A stretch of DNA of 64,000 nucleotides from an uncultured Gemmatimonadales bacterium (lineage in GTDB: Bacteria; Gemmatimonadota; Gemmatimonadetes; Gemmatimonadales; GWC2-71-9), in assembly GCA_963730185.1 (NCBI GenBank), contig CAVSQW010000002.1:96001-160000 (forward strand), read 5' to 3'. The notes under the pieces are model-generated. The model was not told the DNA's origin. It worked only from the letters and a program-made list of their open reading frames with translations, and searched no databases. Within the stretch, counting starts at the first letter, position 1; each line of letters begins with the position of its first letter. This document shows, piece by piece, positions 19,594 to 28,720 of this stretch. A program made the position numbers and the translations under genes.

Positions 19594-21384
19594 GTGCTGG
19601 TGACACTCGTCCTCCTGGCCGCCGCGGTCCTCGCGGCGGGGACCTACCTCGGCGTCGAGCGCCTCGGGCGAAAGGCCGTCGTGCCGATCGTGCTTCGGAC
19701 GGCGACCTACGGGGCCACCGGACTGCTGATCGCCAACGTGTCCTGTCCTCGTCCTCCGACCGCGACCCGGCCGCTCGCGCTGCTCGATGCATCGCTGAGC
19801 ATGGCCCAAGTCGACGGCGGATGGTCGAGGGCGAAGGCCGAGGCCGCCCGCTTGGGCGACGTCCGCCTGGTGGGCGCCGCGTCGCCGGCAGACTCGGTCC
19901 CGACCGGGGGGCGCTCGCTGGTCGCGTCCGACGTGATCGCCGCGGCGGCGGGCGGGCGGCCGGTATGGCTGGTGACCGACGGCGCCGTCGAGGACGCCGA
20001 CGAAATTCCGCCCGATATCCGGCGCCGGATCGGGGTCGCGATCGTGCCGCATCCCGCCGGCGCCGACCTGGCGATCACCCGGGTCGAGGTGCCGGAGCGG
20101 GTGGCGGCCGGCGACACGCTCCGACTCGATCTCGAGGTCACCGGCTTCGGCGAGCCGCCCCGTCGCGAGGTGGTGGTGGAGGTTCGCTCCGAGGGCCGGC
20201 GCTGGTTGGCCGGAACCCTCCAGGCCGGTCCAGGCACGACCTCGCTCCACCTTCAGGGCCCCGTGCCGCCGGTGGCCGCCGGCCCGCATCTGGTCGAGAT
20301 CGCGCTCCAGGACGCCGGCGACGCCGACCCCCGAACCGACCGCCGCCTCGCCGTGATTACGGTTACGCCCACGCCGGGCATCGTGCTCGTGGCAGCGCCC
20401 GGCGACTGGGAGAGCCGCTTCCTCTACCGGGCCCTGCTCGACGTGGCGGCCCTGCCGGTGCGCGGGTACCTGGGCCTCGAGGGTGGCCAGTGGCGGCGGA
20501 TGGGCGACCTGGCCCACGTCTCGGCCACCGAAGTCGACCAGGCCGCGGCCCGGGCCGATCTCCTCGCGCTGGTCGGCGACGTGCCCGAGCGGATCCGCCG
20601 GCTCCGGGTCCGGGGGCGCTGGGACTTCGTGGCGACCCGGCCGTCGAGCGCGCCGGCGGCGGGCGACTGGTATCTCGCGCCGGGTGGCGCGTCGCCGGTG
20701 AGCGGCGCCTTCGTCGGGCTTCCGATCGACAGCTTCCCGCCGGCGGTTGCCCTGGCGGCGGTGCCCGCGGGACCCGGCGACTGGGTCGGACTCACCGCCC
20801 AGCTCAATCGGCGGGGGCTCGCTCGCCCCGCCGTCGTGGGGCGCGACTCGGCCGGGCGCCGCGAGATGCTGGTGGCCGTCGACGGGCTCTGGCGCTGGGG
20901 TTTCCGCGGTGGCGCAAGCGAGGAAGCGTACCGCGCTTGGGTGGCCGCCGCCGCCTCCTGGCTTCTCGGCGGCACCGACTCCACCACCGGCGCGGCCCAT
21001 CCGATCAAATCGGTGGTCGAGCAGGGCCGCCCGCTGATCTTCGAGCGAACCCGGCCGGACTCGGTGCCACTGCCGATCGAGCTGACGACCAATGGTGTGC
21101 GGCGGTCTGACACGCTCCGGTTCGACGGCGCCGGCCGGGCAGAGCTTCGACTGCCGCCGGGCGGATACGGCTACCGACTCGCCGGCGGCGGGACCGGCAT
21201 GGTGGCGGTGGAGGAGTTCACCGACGAGTGGCTTTCCCGTCCGGTGACCCTCTCGGCCCACCAGCCGACCGGCGGTCTCCCTCCCGGGCGCGAACCGCTC
21301 CGCGATCTGCCGTGGCTCTTCGGGATCGCGATCGCGGCCCTGTCGGGAGAGTGGTGGTGGCGTCGCCGAGCCGGGCTCCGCTGA
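19594..21384 (+). CDS. Membrane protein with vWA-like and Ig/CARDB-like segments
   Basis: N-terminal TMs, LLDASLSM (DxSxS) and VTDG MIDAS-like motifs, C-terminal EWWWRRRAGL. Confidence 0.65.
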   Translation: MLVTLVLLAAAVLAAGTYLGVERLGRKAVVPIVLRTATYGATGLLIANVSCPRPPTATRPLALLDASLSMAQVDGGWSRAKAEAARLGDVRLVGAASPADSVPTGGRSLVASDVIAAAAGGRPVWLVTDGAVEDADEIPPDIRRRIGVAIVPHPAGADLAITRVEVPERVAAGDTLRLDLEVTGFGEPPRREVVVEVRSEGRRWLAGTLQAGPGTTSLHLQGPVPPVAAGPHLVEIALQDAGDADPRTDRRLAVITVTPTPGIVLVAAPGDWESRFLYRALLDVAALPVRGYLGLEGGQWRRMGDLAHVSATEVDQAAARADLLALVGDVPERIRRLRVRGRWDFVATRPSSAPAAGDWYLAPGGASPVSGAFVGLPIDSFPPAVALAAVPAGPGDWVGLTAQLNRRGLARPAVVGRDSAGRREMLVAVDGLWRWGFRGGASEEAYRAWVAAAASWLLGGTDSTTGAAHPIKSVVEQGRPLIFERTRPDSVPLPIELTTNGVRRSDTLRFDGAGRAELRLPPGGYGYRLAGGGTGMVAVEEFTDEWLSRPVTLSAHQPTGGLPPGREPLRDLPWLFGIAIAALSGEWWWRRRAGLR

Positions 21385-21401
21385 CGGATTAGCTTTCCAG
21401 C

Positions 21402-22343
21402 ATGGCATCCAATCGCATCACGGCCGGCAAGCGGCTCGGCCTCTGGGGGCGTCTCAAACGCCTGGCGCTCACCGACGTCGGGGCCCTGGTCCGGGGCTTC
21501 AAGGCGGCCGACATCGAGGCCATGGAGCGGACCCTGCTCGAGGCCGATCTCGGCATCGGGGCGACGACCGAGATCGTCGACCTGCTCGACGAGGCGGTCC
21601 GGCGGGGGAAGCTCAAGTCGGAGGATGATCTCAAGGCGGCCATCGTCGATCGGATCGCGACCCTGCTGGCCGGGCCAGACGACCCGGCTCGCCTCGCCCG
21701 AGCGGCGACCGGACCGACGGTCGTGTTGGTGATGGGAGTGAATGGGAGCGGCAAGACCACCACCGTCGCCAAGCTGGGACACCGCTACGCCCGCTCCGGC
21801 GACTCGGTCCTGCTGGTGGCGGCCGACACCTATCGGGCCGGCGCCATCGACCAGCTCAAGACCTGGGCGGATCGGCTCAAGCTCCCCTGCGTGGCTGGGG
21901 CGCCCGGCGGTGATCCGGCCGCGGTCGCCTTCGACGGCATCGAGGCGGCCGCGGCTCGCGGGTCGAGTCTGGTGCTGATCGACACGGCGGGCCGGCTCCA
22001 CACCCAGGAGGGGCTGATGGACGAGCTCCGGAAGGTGGGGCGGGTGGTGGGTCGGAAGGCCGCCGGCGCGCCGCACGAATGCCTGCTGGTGCTCGACGGC
22101 ACGGTGGGGCAGAACGCGGTCCAGCAAGGCAAGCTCTTCGCTCAGGCCATCCCGCCCACGGGCCTGGTGGTGACCAAGCTCGACGGCAGTGCCCGGGGAG
22201 GCGCGGTCGTGGCGCTCCGGCGCGAGCTCGAGGTCCCGATCCGCTTCATCGGGGTCGGCGAAGGCGTCGACGACCTGCTGCCGTTCGATCCCCGGGCGTT
22301 CGCCGAGGAGCTGCTCGCCGACGACGATCGGCCGGAGTCCTGA
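21402..22343 (+). CDS. ftsY: SRP receptor FtsY
   Basis: GVNGSGKTTT, DTYRAGA, DTAGR, TKLDGSARGG, GVGEGVDDL. Confidence 0.97.
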   Translation: MASNRITAGKRLGLWGRLKRLALTDVGALVRGFKAADIEAMERTLLEADLGIGATTEIVDLLDEAVRRGKLKSEDDLKAAIVDRIATLLAGPDDPARLARAATGPTVVLVMGVNGSGKTTTVAKLGHRYARSGDSVLLVAADTYRAGAIDQLKTWADRLKLPCVAGAPGGDPAAVAFDGIEAAAARGSSLVLIDTAGRLHTQEGLMDELRKVGRVVGRKAAGAPHECLLVLDGTVGQNAVQQGKLFAQAIPPTGLVVTKLDGSARGGAVVALRRELEVPIRFIGVGEGVDDLLPFDPRAFAEELLADDDRPES

Positions 22344-22360
22344 CCAGCGGTCGCCGGCCC

Positions 22361-24433
22361 ATGCCGACGCTCAGGCTCGACACCCCCGTCAAGTTCCTGA
22401 AGGGCATCGGTGAGCATCGCGCCGAGGCGCTCGGCCGGCTCGGGGTCCGGACCGCCCACGACCTCCTCTGGCACCTCCCCCATCGCTACGTCGACGCGTC
22501 GTCCGTCACCCCGATCGTCAAGCTCCGGATCGGCGAAGATGCCGCCGCGGCCGGCCGGGTCGTCGCCAAGGGGATCCTCCCCACCCGGAAGGGAATCCGG
22601 ATCTTCCACGCCGTGCTCCGCGACGCGAGCGGGGCGATCGAGTGCGTTTGGCCGGGGCAGGCCTTTCTGGACCGGACCATCGAAGTGGGTCAGGTCCTGT
22701 TGGTGGCGGGACCGGTCCGCTTCTACCACGGCCGCCAGATGGCGCCCCGGGAATACCAGATCCTGAGCGAAGGCGCGGAGGGCGACGACGACGACCCGAT
22801 CAACGGTGGCCGGGTGCTGCCGGTCTACCCGGCGACGCAGGGCATGAGCCACAAGGTGATCCGGGGCCTGATCGGCCGCCACCTCGACGCCCTCATCGCC
22901 CTCTCTCGCGAGATCCTTCCCGAGGACCTTCGGACCCGCTTCGACCTCCCGCCGCTGCCGGACGCCCTCCGCGCCGTGCACCACCCCGCGTCCGTGGCCG
23001 AGGCCGAGCGGGGCCGGCGCCGGCTGGCGCTGGACGAGCTGCTCGACCTCCAGCTGATGCTGGGCCGGGCTCGGCACGTGGCCAAGCGGGGTCGGACCGG
23101 GGTGCAGTTCGAGAATCGCCGCGAGCTCACCAGCCGCCTCAAGGACTCGCTGCCCTGGCCGCTCACCAAGGATCAACGACAGGCCGTCCGCGAGATCGTG
23201 GGCGACATGACCGCCACCGACCGGATGCACCGACTCCTGATGGGCGACGTCGGAACCGGCAAGACGGTCGTCGCTCTCTTCGGCATGCTGGTCGCGGTCG
23301 AGAACGGGTACCAGGCCGCCCTCATGGCGCCCACCGAGCTGCTGGCCGAGCAGCACTTCGCCACCCTGAGCCGGCTCCTCGAGCCCCTCGAGCTCGCCCC
23401 GGGACTCCTCCTCGGTCGCTTGCCCGCGTCGGACAAGCAGCAGGTCCGCCGGCAGCTCGAATCGGGCGCGATGCGTCTGGTCGTGGGAACCCACGCACTG
23501 CTGCAGGAGACGGTCAGCTTCCATCGGCTGGGCCTGGTGGTCATCGACGAGCAGCACCGGTTCGGTGTGGAGCAGCGGGCTGCGCTGATGGGGAAGGGAG
23601 ACGTCCCGGACGTCCTGCTCCTATCCGCCACCCCGATCCCGCGATCCCTGGCCCTGACCCGTTACGGCGACCTCGACCTGAGCCTGCTCAGGGAGCGGCC
23701 TCCGGGCCGGGGGACGATCCGGACCGCGATCCGGCCGGCCAAACAGCGGGACCGCGTGCTCGATTTCGTCCATGAGGCCTGTCTGGCCGGACGCCAGGCC
23801 TATGTCGTCCTGCCGCTGATCGACGAGACCGAAAAGGCCGATCTGCTCGCCGCCCGCACCACGGCCGACGTCCTGACCGGCCGCTGGCCGGACGTGTCGG
23901 TCGGCCTGGTGCACGGCAAGCTGAAGGCTCAGGAGCGCGATCAGGTGATGCGGGAGTTCCGGGAAGGGAGGGTCCAGGTCCTGGTCGCCACAACGGTGAT
24001 CGAGGTCGGGATCGATGTCCCCAATGCCTCGGTCATGGTGATCGAGCACCCGGAGCGGTTCGGGCTGGCGCAACTCCATCAGCTCCGCGGCCGGATTGGC
24101 CGGGGCGGCGACACCAGCCACTGCGTTCTGCTGGCGGATCGGCCCAGCCGCCGCCTCTCGGCCTTCGCCGCCACGACTGACGGCTTTCGGATCGCGGAGT
24201 TGGACCTCGAAGAGCGCCGCCAGGGCGACCTCCTGGGCCAGCGTCAATCGGGCGATGCCGACATCCGGGTGGCCCGCTTCCCGGACGATGCCGACCTGCT
24301 GGGCCAGGCCCGGGAGCTGGCCCGCGCAGTCCTCGGGGCCGATCCGGGGCTCGATCGATCCGAGCACCGGGCCCTTCGAGAGCGTGCGCTGGCTCGATAT
24401 CCCAAGGCAGAGGTGCTGTTTCGGGTCGGGTGA
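22361..24433 (+). CDS. recG: ATP-dependent DNA helicase RecG
   Basis: LKGIG, GDVGTGKT, DEQHRFGV, SATPIPR, QLHQLRGRIGRG. Confidence 0.97.
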   Translation: MPTLRLDTPVKFLKGIGEHRAEALGRLGVRTAHDLLWHLPHRYVDASSVTPIVKLRIGEDAAAAGRVVAKGILPTRKGIRIFHAVLRDASGAIECVWPGQAFLDRTIEVGQVLLVAGPVRFYHGRQMAPREYQILSEGAEGDDDDPINGGRVLPVYPATQGMSHKVIRGLIGRHLDALIALSREILPEDLRTRFDLPPLPDALRAVHHPASVAEAERGRRRLALDELLDLQLMLGRARHVAKRGRTGVQFENRRELTSRLKDSLPWPLTKDQRQAVREIVGDMTATDRMHRLLMGDVGTGKTVVALFGMLVAVENGYQAALMAPTELLAEQHFATLSRLLEPLELAPGLLLGRLPASDKQQVRRQLESGAMRLVVGTHALLQETVSFHRLGLVVIDEQHRFGVEQRAALMGKGDVPDVLLLSATPIPRSLALTRYGDLDLSLLRERPPGRGTIRTAIRPAKQRDRVLDFVHEACLAGRQAYVVLPLIDETEKADLLAARTTADVLTGRWPDVSVGLVHGKLKAQERDQVMREFREGRVQVLVATTVIEVGIDVPNASVMVIEHPERFGLAQLHQLRGRIGRGGDTSHCVLLADRPSRRLSAFAATTDGFRIAELDLEERRQGDLLGQRQSGDADIRVARFPDDADLLGQARELARAVLGADPGLDRSEHRALRERALARYPKAEVLFRVG

Positions 24434-24522
24434 GCAGTTGGGAGAGATCCTATTGATTGTCTGGAGGATACGGCTTGGACGAGTTGTGCGGTAGCACTCG
24501 TTTGTTGAAAAGAGACGCAACG

Positions 24523-24720
24523 ATGGTGCGACGAGTGTTGGCGGTCTGGTTTACGCTGGTCCTGGCGGTCATGCTCTACGTCACCGTCGCGGCCAGCCTG
24601 GGTGGGCTGGTCCTGCTCCTCGTCCTCGGCAACATCGCGATCGCCGGCTACCTCCTCTGGGCCCTGTCGCGTCTCGATCCGCGCGATGGGATCGACGGCC
24701 TCTTCCGGCGGGCCTCGTGA
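24523..24720 (+). pseudogene. DUF1475-like membrane protein, apparently internally deleted
   Basis: 65 aa: N-terminal MLYVTVAASL joined directly to the C-terminal LVLGNIAIAGY motif; the middle I recall for the family is missing. Confidence 0.45.
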
Positions 24721-25517
24721 CGACCCTCTCAGCGGGCGAGGCGGCCGTCGCCGGGCTGGCGGGCTCGGTTGGCCTGATGGGGGCAGTGTGGCTGGCCAGC
24801 CTCGTCCGGCGCGACGCCAGCCTGATCGACCGCGCCTGGGGTCTTGGCTTCGTGGTGGCCGCCTGGTTGTACCGGCTGACGGCGCCGCCGGGCGGGAGCT
24901 GGGAGGGCTGGCTTCTGGTCGGGCTGGTCACGGTGTGGGGGCTTCGACTCTCCGCCTACCTCACATGGCGGAACTGGGGGCGCGGCGAAGATCCCCGCTA
25001 CCGAGCCATGCGGCAGGCGGCCGGCCGGTCCTTTCCCCTCCGCAGCTTGGTCACGGTCTTTGGGCTCCAGGCCGTGCTCCTCTGGATCATCTCGCTGGCC
25101 TTGCTGCCCGGCGCCCGTGCGGGCGGCAGGCCGGAGAGGTGGCTGGTCGGGGCGGGAGTGGCGCTCTGGATGGTCGGCTTCGTCTTCGAGGCCCTGGGCG
25201 ACTGGCAGTTGGCTCGCTTCAAGGCCGACCCGTCGACCCGGGGCCGGGTACTCGACCGCGGCGTCTGGCGGTGGACTCGCCACCCGAACTACTTCGGCGA
25301 CGCCTGCCTCTGGTGGGGGTTCTTCGCGTGCTCCGCGGCGGCGGGGGGCTGGTGGACGGTGTTCGCGCCGGCCCTGATGAACGTGCTCCTGCTCAAGGTG
25401 TCCGGGGTGGCCCTCTTGGAGCGAGGGTTGGTGGAGAGCAAGCCCGCCTATCGGGACTACGTGGCTCGAACCAGCGCCTTCATCCCCCGGCCGCCGAAGC
25501 GGGCCGCGGGGGGTTGA
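24717..25517 (+). CDS. DUF1295 / steroid 5-alpha-reductase family membrane protein
   Basis: DASLIDRAWG, WGLRL, EDPRY, FEALGDWQL, WTRHPNYFGD, SGVALLE. Confidence 0.9.
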   Translation: MTTLSAGEAAVAGLAGSVGLMGAVWLASLVRRDASLIDRAWGLGFVVAAWLYRLTAPPGGSWEGWLLVGLVTVWGLRLSAYLTWRNWGRGEDPRYRAMRQAAGRSFPLRSLVTVFGLQAVLLWIISLALLPGARAGGRPERWLVGAGVALWMVGFVFEALGDWQLARFKADPSTRGRVLDRGVWRWTRHPNYFGDACLWWGFFACSAAAGGWWTVFAPALMNVLLLKVSGVALLERGLVESKPAYRDYVARTSAFIPRPPKRAAGG

Positions 25518-25577
25518 TCTCGGCCCGGGCGTGGCTGACGAGGAACGGCAGGGCAACTCCCCAGACGATGGCCAGGC

Positions 25578-25721
25578 TCAGGTAGGACCGCCACGCGCGT
25601 CGGGCGCGAATCGCACCGCTCCGAGAGCGGCGCCGAGCCACGGGTGACCGTGGGCGCCCCCGAGCACGCAGGCGAACCAGCCGGCTTGGTAGGCCACAAA
25701 GTTGGCGGCGGGATGGGTCAA
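25578..25721 (-). pseudogene. DUF2878-like N-terminal fragment
   Basis: TTG start, ANFVAYQAGWFACVLGGAHGHPWLG matches the DUF2878 N-terminus as I recall it; ends after 47 aa. Confidence 0.55.
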
Positions 25722-25777
25722 CCCCACCCCGCCGTGACGGACGGGCAAGCTGCCTGCTTGGGCTGGAGGTCGGTCGC

Positions 25778-26014
25778 TCAGGCGAGCGCGGCCTGTTCCT
25801 CTTCGACCGGTCTGGCGCGGAACTCGAAGTGCGCGGCCTGCACGGTCTCGTAGTCCCGGGTGGTCCGGATCCGGGTGATGCGCCGCCCGAAAATGTCGAC
25901 CCGCCGGGTCGTGACTCCGGGGAAGATGGGAGAGACTTCGTACCACATGTGAGGGCTCAGCCGGGGGTAGCGCAGCGTGTGCTCCGGCTTGAGACGTGCC
26001 TGCATCGCCGACAT
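25778..26014 (-). CDS. Small hypothetical protein (78 aa)
   Basis: GAGG RBS before ATG 26014, own promoter-like region; ARLKPE..LRYP..WY..HFEFR. Confidence 0.65.
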   Translation of the reverse strand: MSAMQARLKPEHTLRYPRLSPHMWYEVSPIFPGVTTRRVDIFGRRITRIRTTRDYETVQAAHFEFRARPVEEEQAALA

Positions 26015-26096
26015 GAAGGGAACCTCGCAGTGCCTGGGGCGTGATGGGGTCTTCCGGCGTGGAAACCGTCGTGGAACCGGTCCCAACCGAGCACAA

Positions 26097-26151
26097 ACAT
26101 TAGACAGTTACAAGGTCAGCGCAAGATAGGAAATTCGATGCACTGTATCGA
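26097..26151 (-). promoter_or_regulatory. Promoter TTGCGC-N16-TAATGT with upstream palindrome
   Basis: AT-rich patch; imperfect inverted repeat TCGATGCA-C-TGTATCGA at 26135-26151. Confidence 0.4.
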
Positions 26152-26337
26152 TTCTGTCCAGATCGTGTCGTCGGACTCGCCCGAAGTTGCACCTCTCCGT
26201 GTACCTGTGGGTGACGACCGGGGACCCGCAGGGCTGCACACTCTTGCGCGTGGGCGCCCGGCTGGAGCGATGGCCGGTGCCAGCGGGGGTCCGCAACCCG
26301 AAGGCACCTCGCGATTTGCGGGTTATCGGCCCGGCGA

Positions 26338-26367
26338 TTGACCGCGATCCCCGGCTGCCGGTACTAT
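26338..26367 (+). promoter_or_regulatory. asnS promoter TTGACC-N18-TACTAT
   Basis: Near-consensus hexamers upstream of GAGGG RBS and ATG 26392. Confidence 0.55.
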
Positions 26368-26391
26368 AGGGCCCACTCCAGAGGGAAGCGC

Positions 26392-27687
26392 ATGGACAGG
26401 ACGGAAATTCGGGGGTTACCGGAGCGAGTGGGTGAGCCGGTCCGCGTCGCGGGCTGGGTCGCCACGATCCGGTCGAGCGGCAAGATCGCCTTCGTGGTGA
26501 TCCGGGACGGGTCGGGCTACCTCCAGTGCGTGGTCTCCAAACGCGACGTGCCCGAGGCGGTCTGGACGACGGTCACGGGCCTGACCCAGGAGGCCTCGGT
26601 GGCGGCCACCGGCACGGTGCGGGCGGATGCCCGCTCGCCCGGCGGGGTGGAGCTCTCGGTCGAGCGGCTCGAGCTGCTGGGGGCGTCGGTCGATTTCCCG
26701 ATCAGTCCCAAGGAGCACGGGACCTCGTTTCTGTTCGAGCACAGGCACCTGTGGCTCCGGAGCCGGCGACAGGTGGCGATCGCGAAGGTCCGTCACCACG
26801 TTTTCCAGGCGATCCACGATTTCTTCGACGAGCGCGGCTTCTACCACGTGAGCACGCCGATCCTCACCGGCAGCATCGGCGAGGAAGCCGGGAACCTTTT
26901 CGCGACCGACTATTTCGATCTGGGCCAAGCCTATCTGGCGCAGACCGGTCAGCTCTACGTCGAAGCCGCCTGTGCGGCGCTGGGCAAGGTCTACTGCTTC
27001 GGGCCGACCTTCCGGGCCGAGAAGTCGAAGACCCGCCGCCATCTGACCGAGTTCTGGATGGTGGAGCCCGAGGTGGCGTTTGCCGACTCGAACGACAACA
27101 TGCGGCTCCAGGAAGACTTCGTGAGCGCCATCGTGGCCCGGGCGCTCGACCGCTGCGGCGAGGAGCTGAAGGAACTGGAGCGCGACACCTCGGTACTCGA
27201 GCGGGTGACGCCCCCCTTCCCGCGGATCGAGTACACCGACGCGGTGGCTCGGCTCAACGAGCTGGGCTCCGACCTGACGTGGGGCAGCGACCTGGGCGGC
27301 GACGACGAGACGCTCCTCGCCAAGCAGTACGACCGGCCGGTGCTGGTGATGAACTATCCCAAGGCGGTCAAAGCGTTCTACATGAAGGAAAACCCGGCCG
27401 ATCCCCGGACCATTCTTGGGAACGATTGCCTGGCGCCGGAAGGTTACGGTGAGATCATCGGGGGATCCCAGCGCGAAGACGACTACGATCGGCTGCTCGC
27501 CCGGATCAACGAGCAGGGACTCGATCCGGCCGCCTACGGTTGGTACCTCGACCTCCGCAAGTACGGCACCTTCGAGCACTCCGGGTTCGGCTTGGGGGTG
27601 GAGCGGACGGTTGCCTGGATCACCGGGATTCCGCACATCCGCGAAACGATCGCGTTCCCCCGACAGATTCACCGACTCTATCCCTGA
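26392..27687 (+). CDS. asnS: Asparagine--tRNA ligase
   Basis: OB fold [49 protein letters not shown]. Confidence 0.97.
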   Translation: MDRTEIRGLPERVGEPVRVAGWVATIRSSGKIAFVVIRDGSGYLQCVVSKRDVPEAVWTTVTGLTQEASVAATGTVRADARSPGGVELSVERLELLGASVDFPISPKEHGTSFLFEHRHLWLRSRRQVAIAKVRHHVFQAIHDFFDERGFYHVSTPILTGSIGEEAGNLFATDYFDLGQAYLAQTGQLYVEAACAALGKVYCFGPTFRAEKSKTRRHLTEFWMVEPEVAFADSNDNMRLQEDFVSAIVARALDRCGEELKELERDTSVLERVTPPFPRIEYTDAVARLNELGSDLTWGSDLGGDDETLLAKQYDRPVLVMNYPKAVKAFYMKENPADPRTILGNDCLAPEGYGEIIGGSQREDDYDRLLARINEQGLDPAAYGWYLDLRKYGTFEHSGFGLGVERTVAWITGIPHIRETIAFPRQIHRLYP

Positions 27688-27699
27688 CCCGGCGGGGCG

Positions 27700-27723
27700 G
27701 GCGGAGCGGTGGGCCGCTCCGCC
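27700..27723. terminator. Hairpin between convergent asnS and csbD
   Basis: GGCGGAGCGG-TGGG-CCGCTCCGCC perfect 10-bp stem. Confidence 0.6.
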
Positions 27724-27735
27724 TCCCGGCGGTGG

Positions 27736-27954
27736 TCAGCGGCCTGGGCCGGCCGCCTCGTATTCATTCCGGTAGCGGGCCAGGTCCTCCTCGATCCGCT
27801 CCCGCGCGACGCCGTATTCCTCCTGGATCACGCCGGCCAGCTGCTCCCACTGGCCTTCGAGCTGATCCAGCTTGTCGTCGGTCAGCTTGCCCCACCGTTC
27901 CTTGATCTTGCCCTTGGTCTGCTGCCAGCGGCCCTCGATCTGATGCTTGTTCAC
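27736..27954 (-). CDS. CsbD/YjbJ family stress protein
   Basis: NKHQIEGRWQQTKGKIKERWGKLTDD..G.IQEEYG; AAAGGAG RBS before GTG. Confidence 0.9.
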   Translation of the reverse strand: MNKHQIEGRWQQTKGKIKERWGKLTDDKLDQLEGQWEQLAGVIQEEYGVARERIEEDLARYRNEYEAAGPGR

Positions 27955-27987
27955 GTGATCTCCTTTGCGGTCGGGGTACACTAGGGC

Positions 27988-28015
27988 GACGGGGCGAGAC
28001 GCCCAGTGTTGCACA
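27988..28015 (-). promoter_or_regulatory. ECF-type promoter TGTGCAAC-N16-CGTC for csbD
   Basis: Exact motif read on the minus strand; mirrored by the + strand copy. Confidence 0.5.
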
Positions 28016-28091
28016 TGTCGAGCCGCGGCGAGGGTCGGCTGCTCGAAAAGCGGCGACGACCGCGTGATGGCGATCACGGAACCACGGGGCC

Positions 28092-28120
28092 TGTGCAATC
28101 AACGGCAGCAGGCACCGTCT
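28092..28120 (+). promoter_or_regulatory. ECF-type promoter TGTGCAAT-N16-CGTCT
   Basis: Same motif and spacing as the divergent csbD promoter. Confidence 0.5.
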
Positions 28121-28202
28121 GCTCATTCGAAGGGGGGGCCGCCGGTGCAGCCGGCGATGCCCTCCGGGCGGGTTATGACACCTAGCGAAGGGAGGTCGCG
28201 GT

Positions 28203-28409
28203 ATGGGGACGGTCGCGACGGACGAGGCCTGGGCCCGGTTGAAGCAGCGGGCGGCGGCCCGGTGGCCGATGCTCGACCCGGAGGACCTCGAGGCGTGCCG
28301 GGACGACGACTGGCGGCTCGTGCTGCTGGTTCAGCGGCGGTGCGGGGTGACTCGTCGCCGAGCGGTCGAGTCACTGGTGGCGCTCCAGACCGAATGCCTG
28401 CGACGCTGA
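28203..28409 (+). CDS. Divergent CsbD-like small protein
   Basis: GGGAGG RBS; W..LK...RW..L..EDL...LV..VQRR.G..RRRA follows the CsbD pattern. Confidence 0.55.
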   Translation: MGTVATDEAWARLKQRAAARWPMLDPEDLEACRDDDWRLVLLVQRRCGVTRRRAVESLVALQTECLRR

Positions 28410-28449
28410 GGAACCGAAGCCGTCATGCGGACGAAAGGACGGGTGCAAC

Positions 28450-28602
28450 GTGCTCTACACGATCGCCGTACTGCTGATTCTTCTCTGGCTCCTGGGGGTG
28501 GTGTCCTCCTATACCATGAGCGGATTCATCCACGTGCTCCTGGTGGTGGCCGTGGTCATGATCCTGGTGCGCCTGATCAGCGGACGGCGGCCCGTGGCGT
28601 AG
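28450..28602 (+). CDS. lmo0937-family (DUF5670) small membrane protein, 50 aa, absent from the ORF track
   Basis: MLYTIAVLLILLWLLGVVSSYTMSGFIHVLLVVAVVMILVRLISGRRPVA; AAAGGA upstream. Confidence 0.88.
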   Translation: MLYTIAVLLILLWLLGVVSSYTMSGFIHVLLVVAVVMILVRLISGRRPVA

Positions 28603-28634
28603 CCCGCGGAGACGCGCTCAACGCCGACGGCCGG

Positions 28635-28663
28635 TTGCGCGTAGACGAGACATCCGGTACTCT
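28635..28663 (+). promoter_or_regulatory. sigma70-type promoter TTGCGC-N17-TACTCT
   Basis: Upstream of AGGAGA RBS and ATG 28721. Confidence 0.5.
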
Positions 28664-28720
28664 GGTCGCTCGGGCCGGAGGCCGGCTCGTTCTCGCCCAA
28701 CCAATCGTTCAGGAGAGCGC

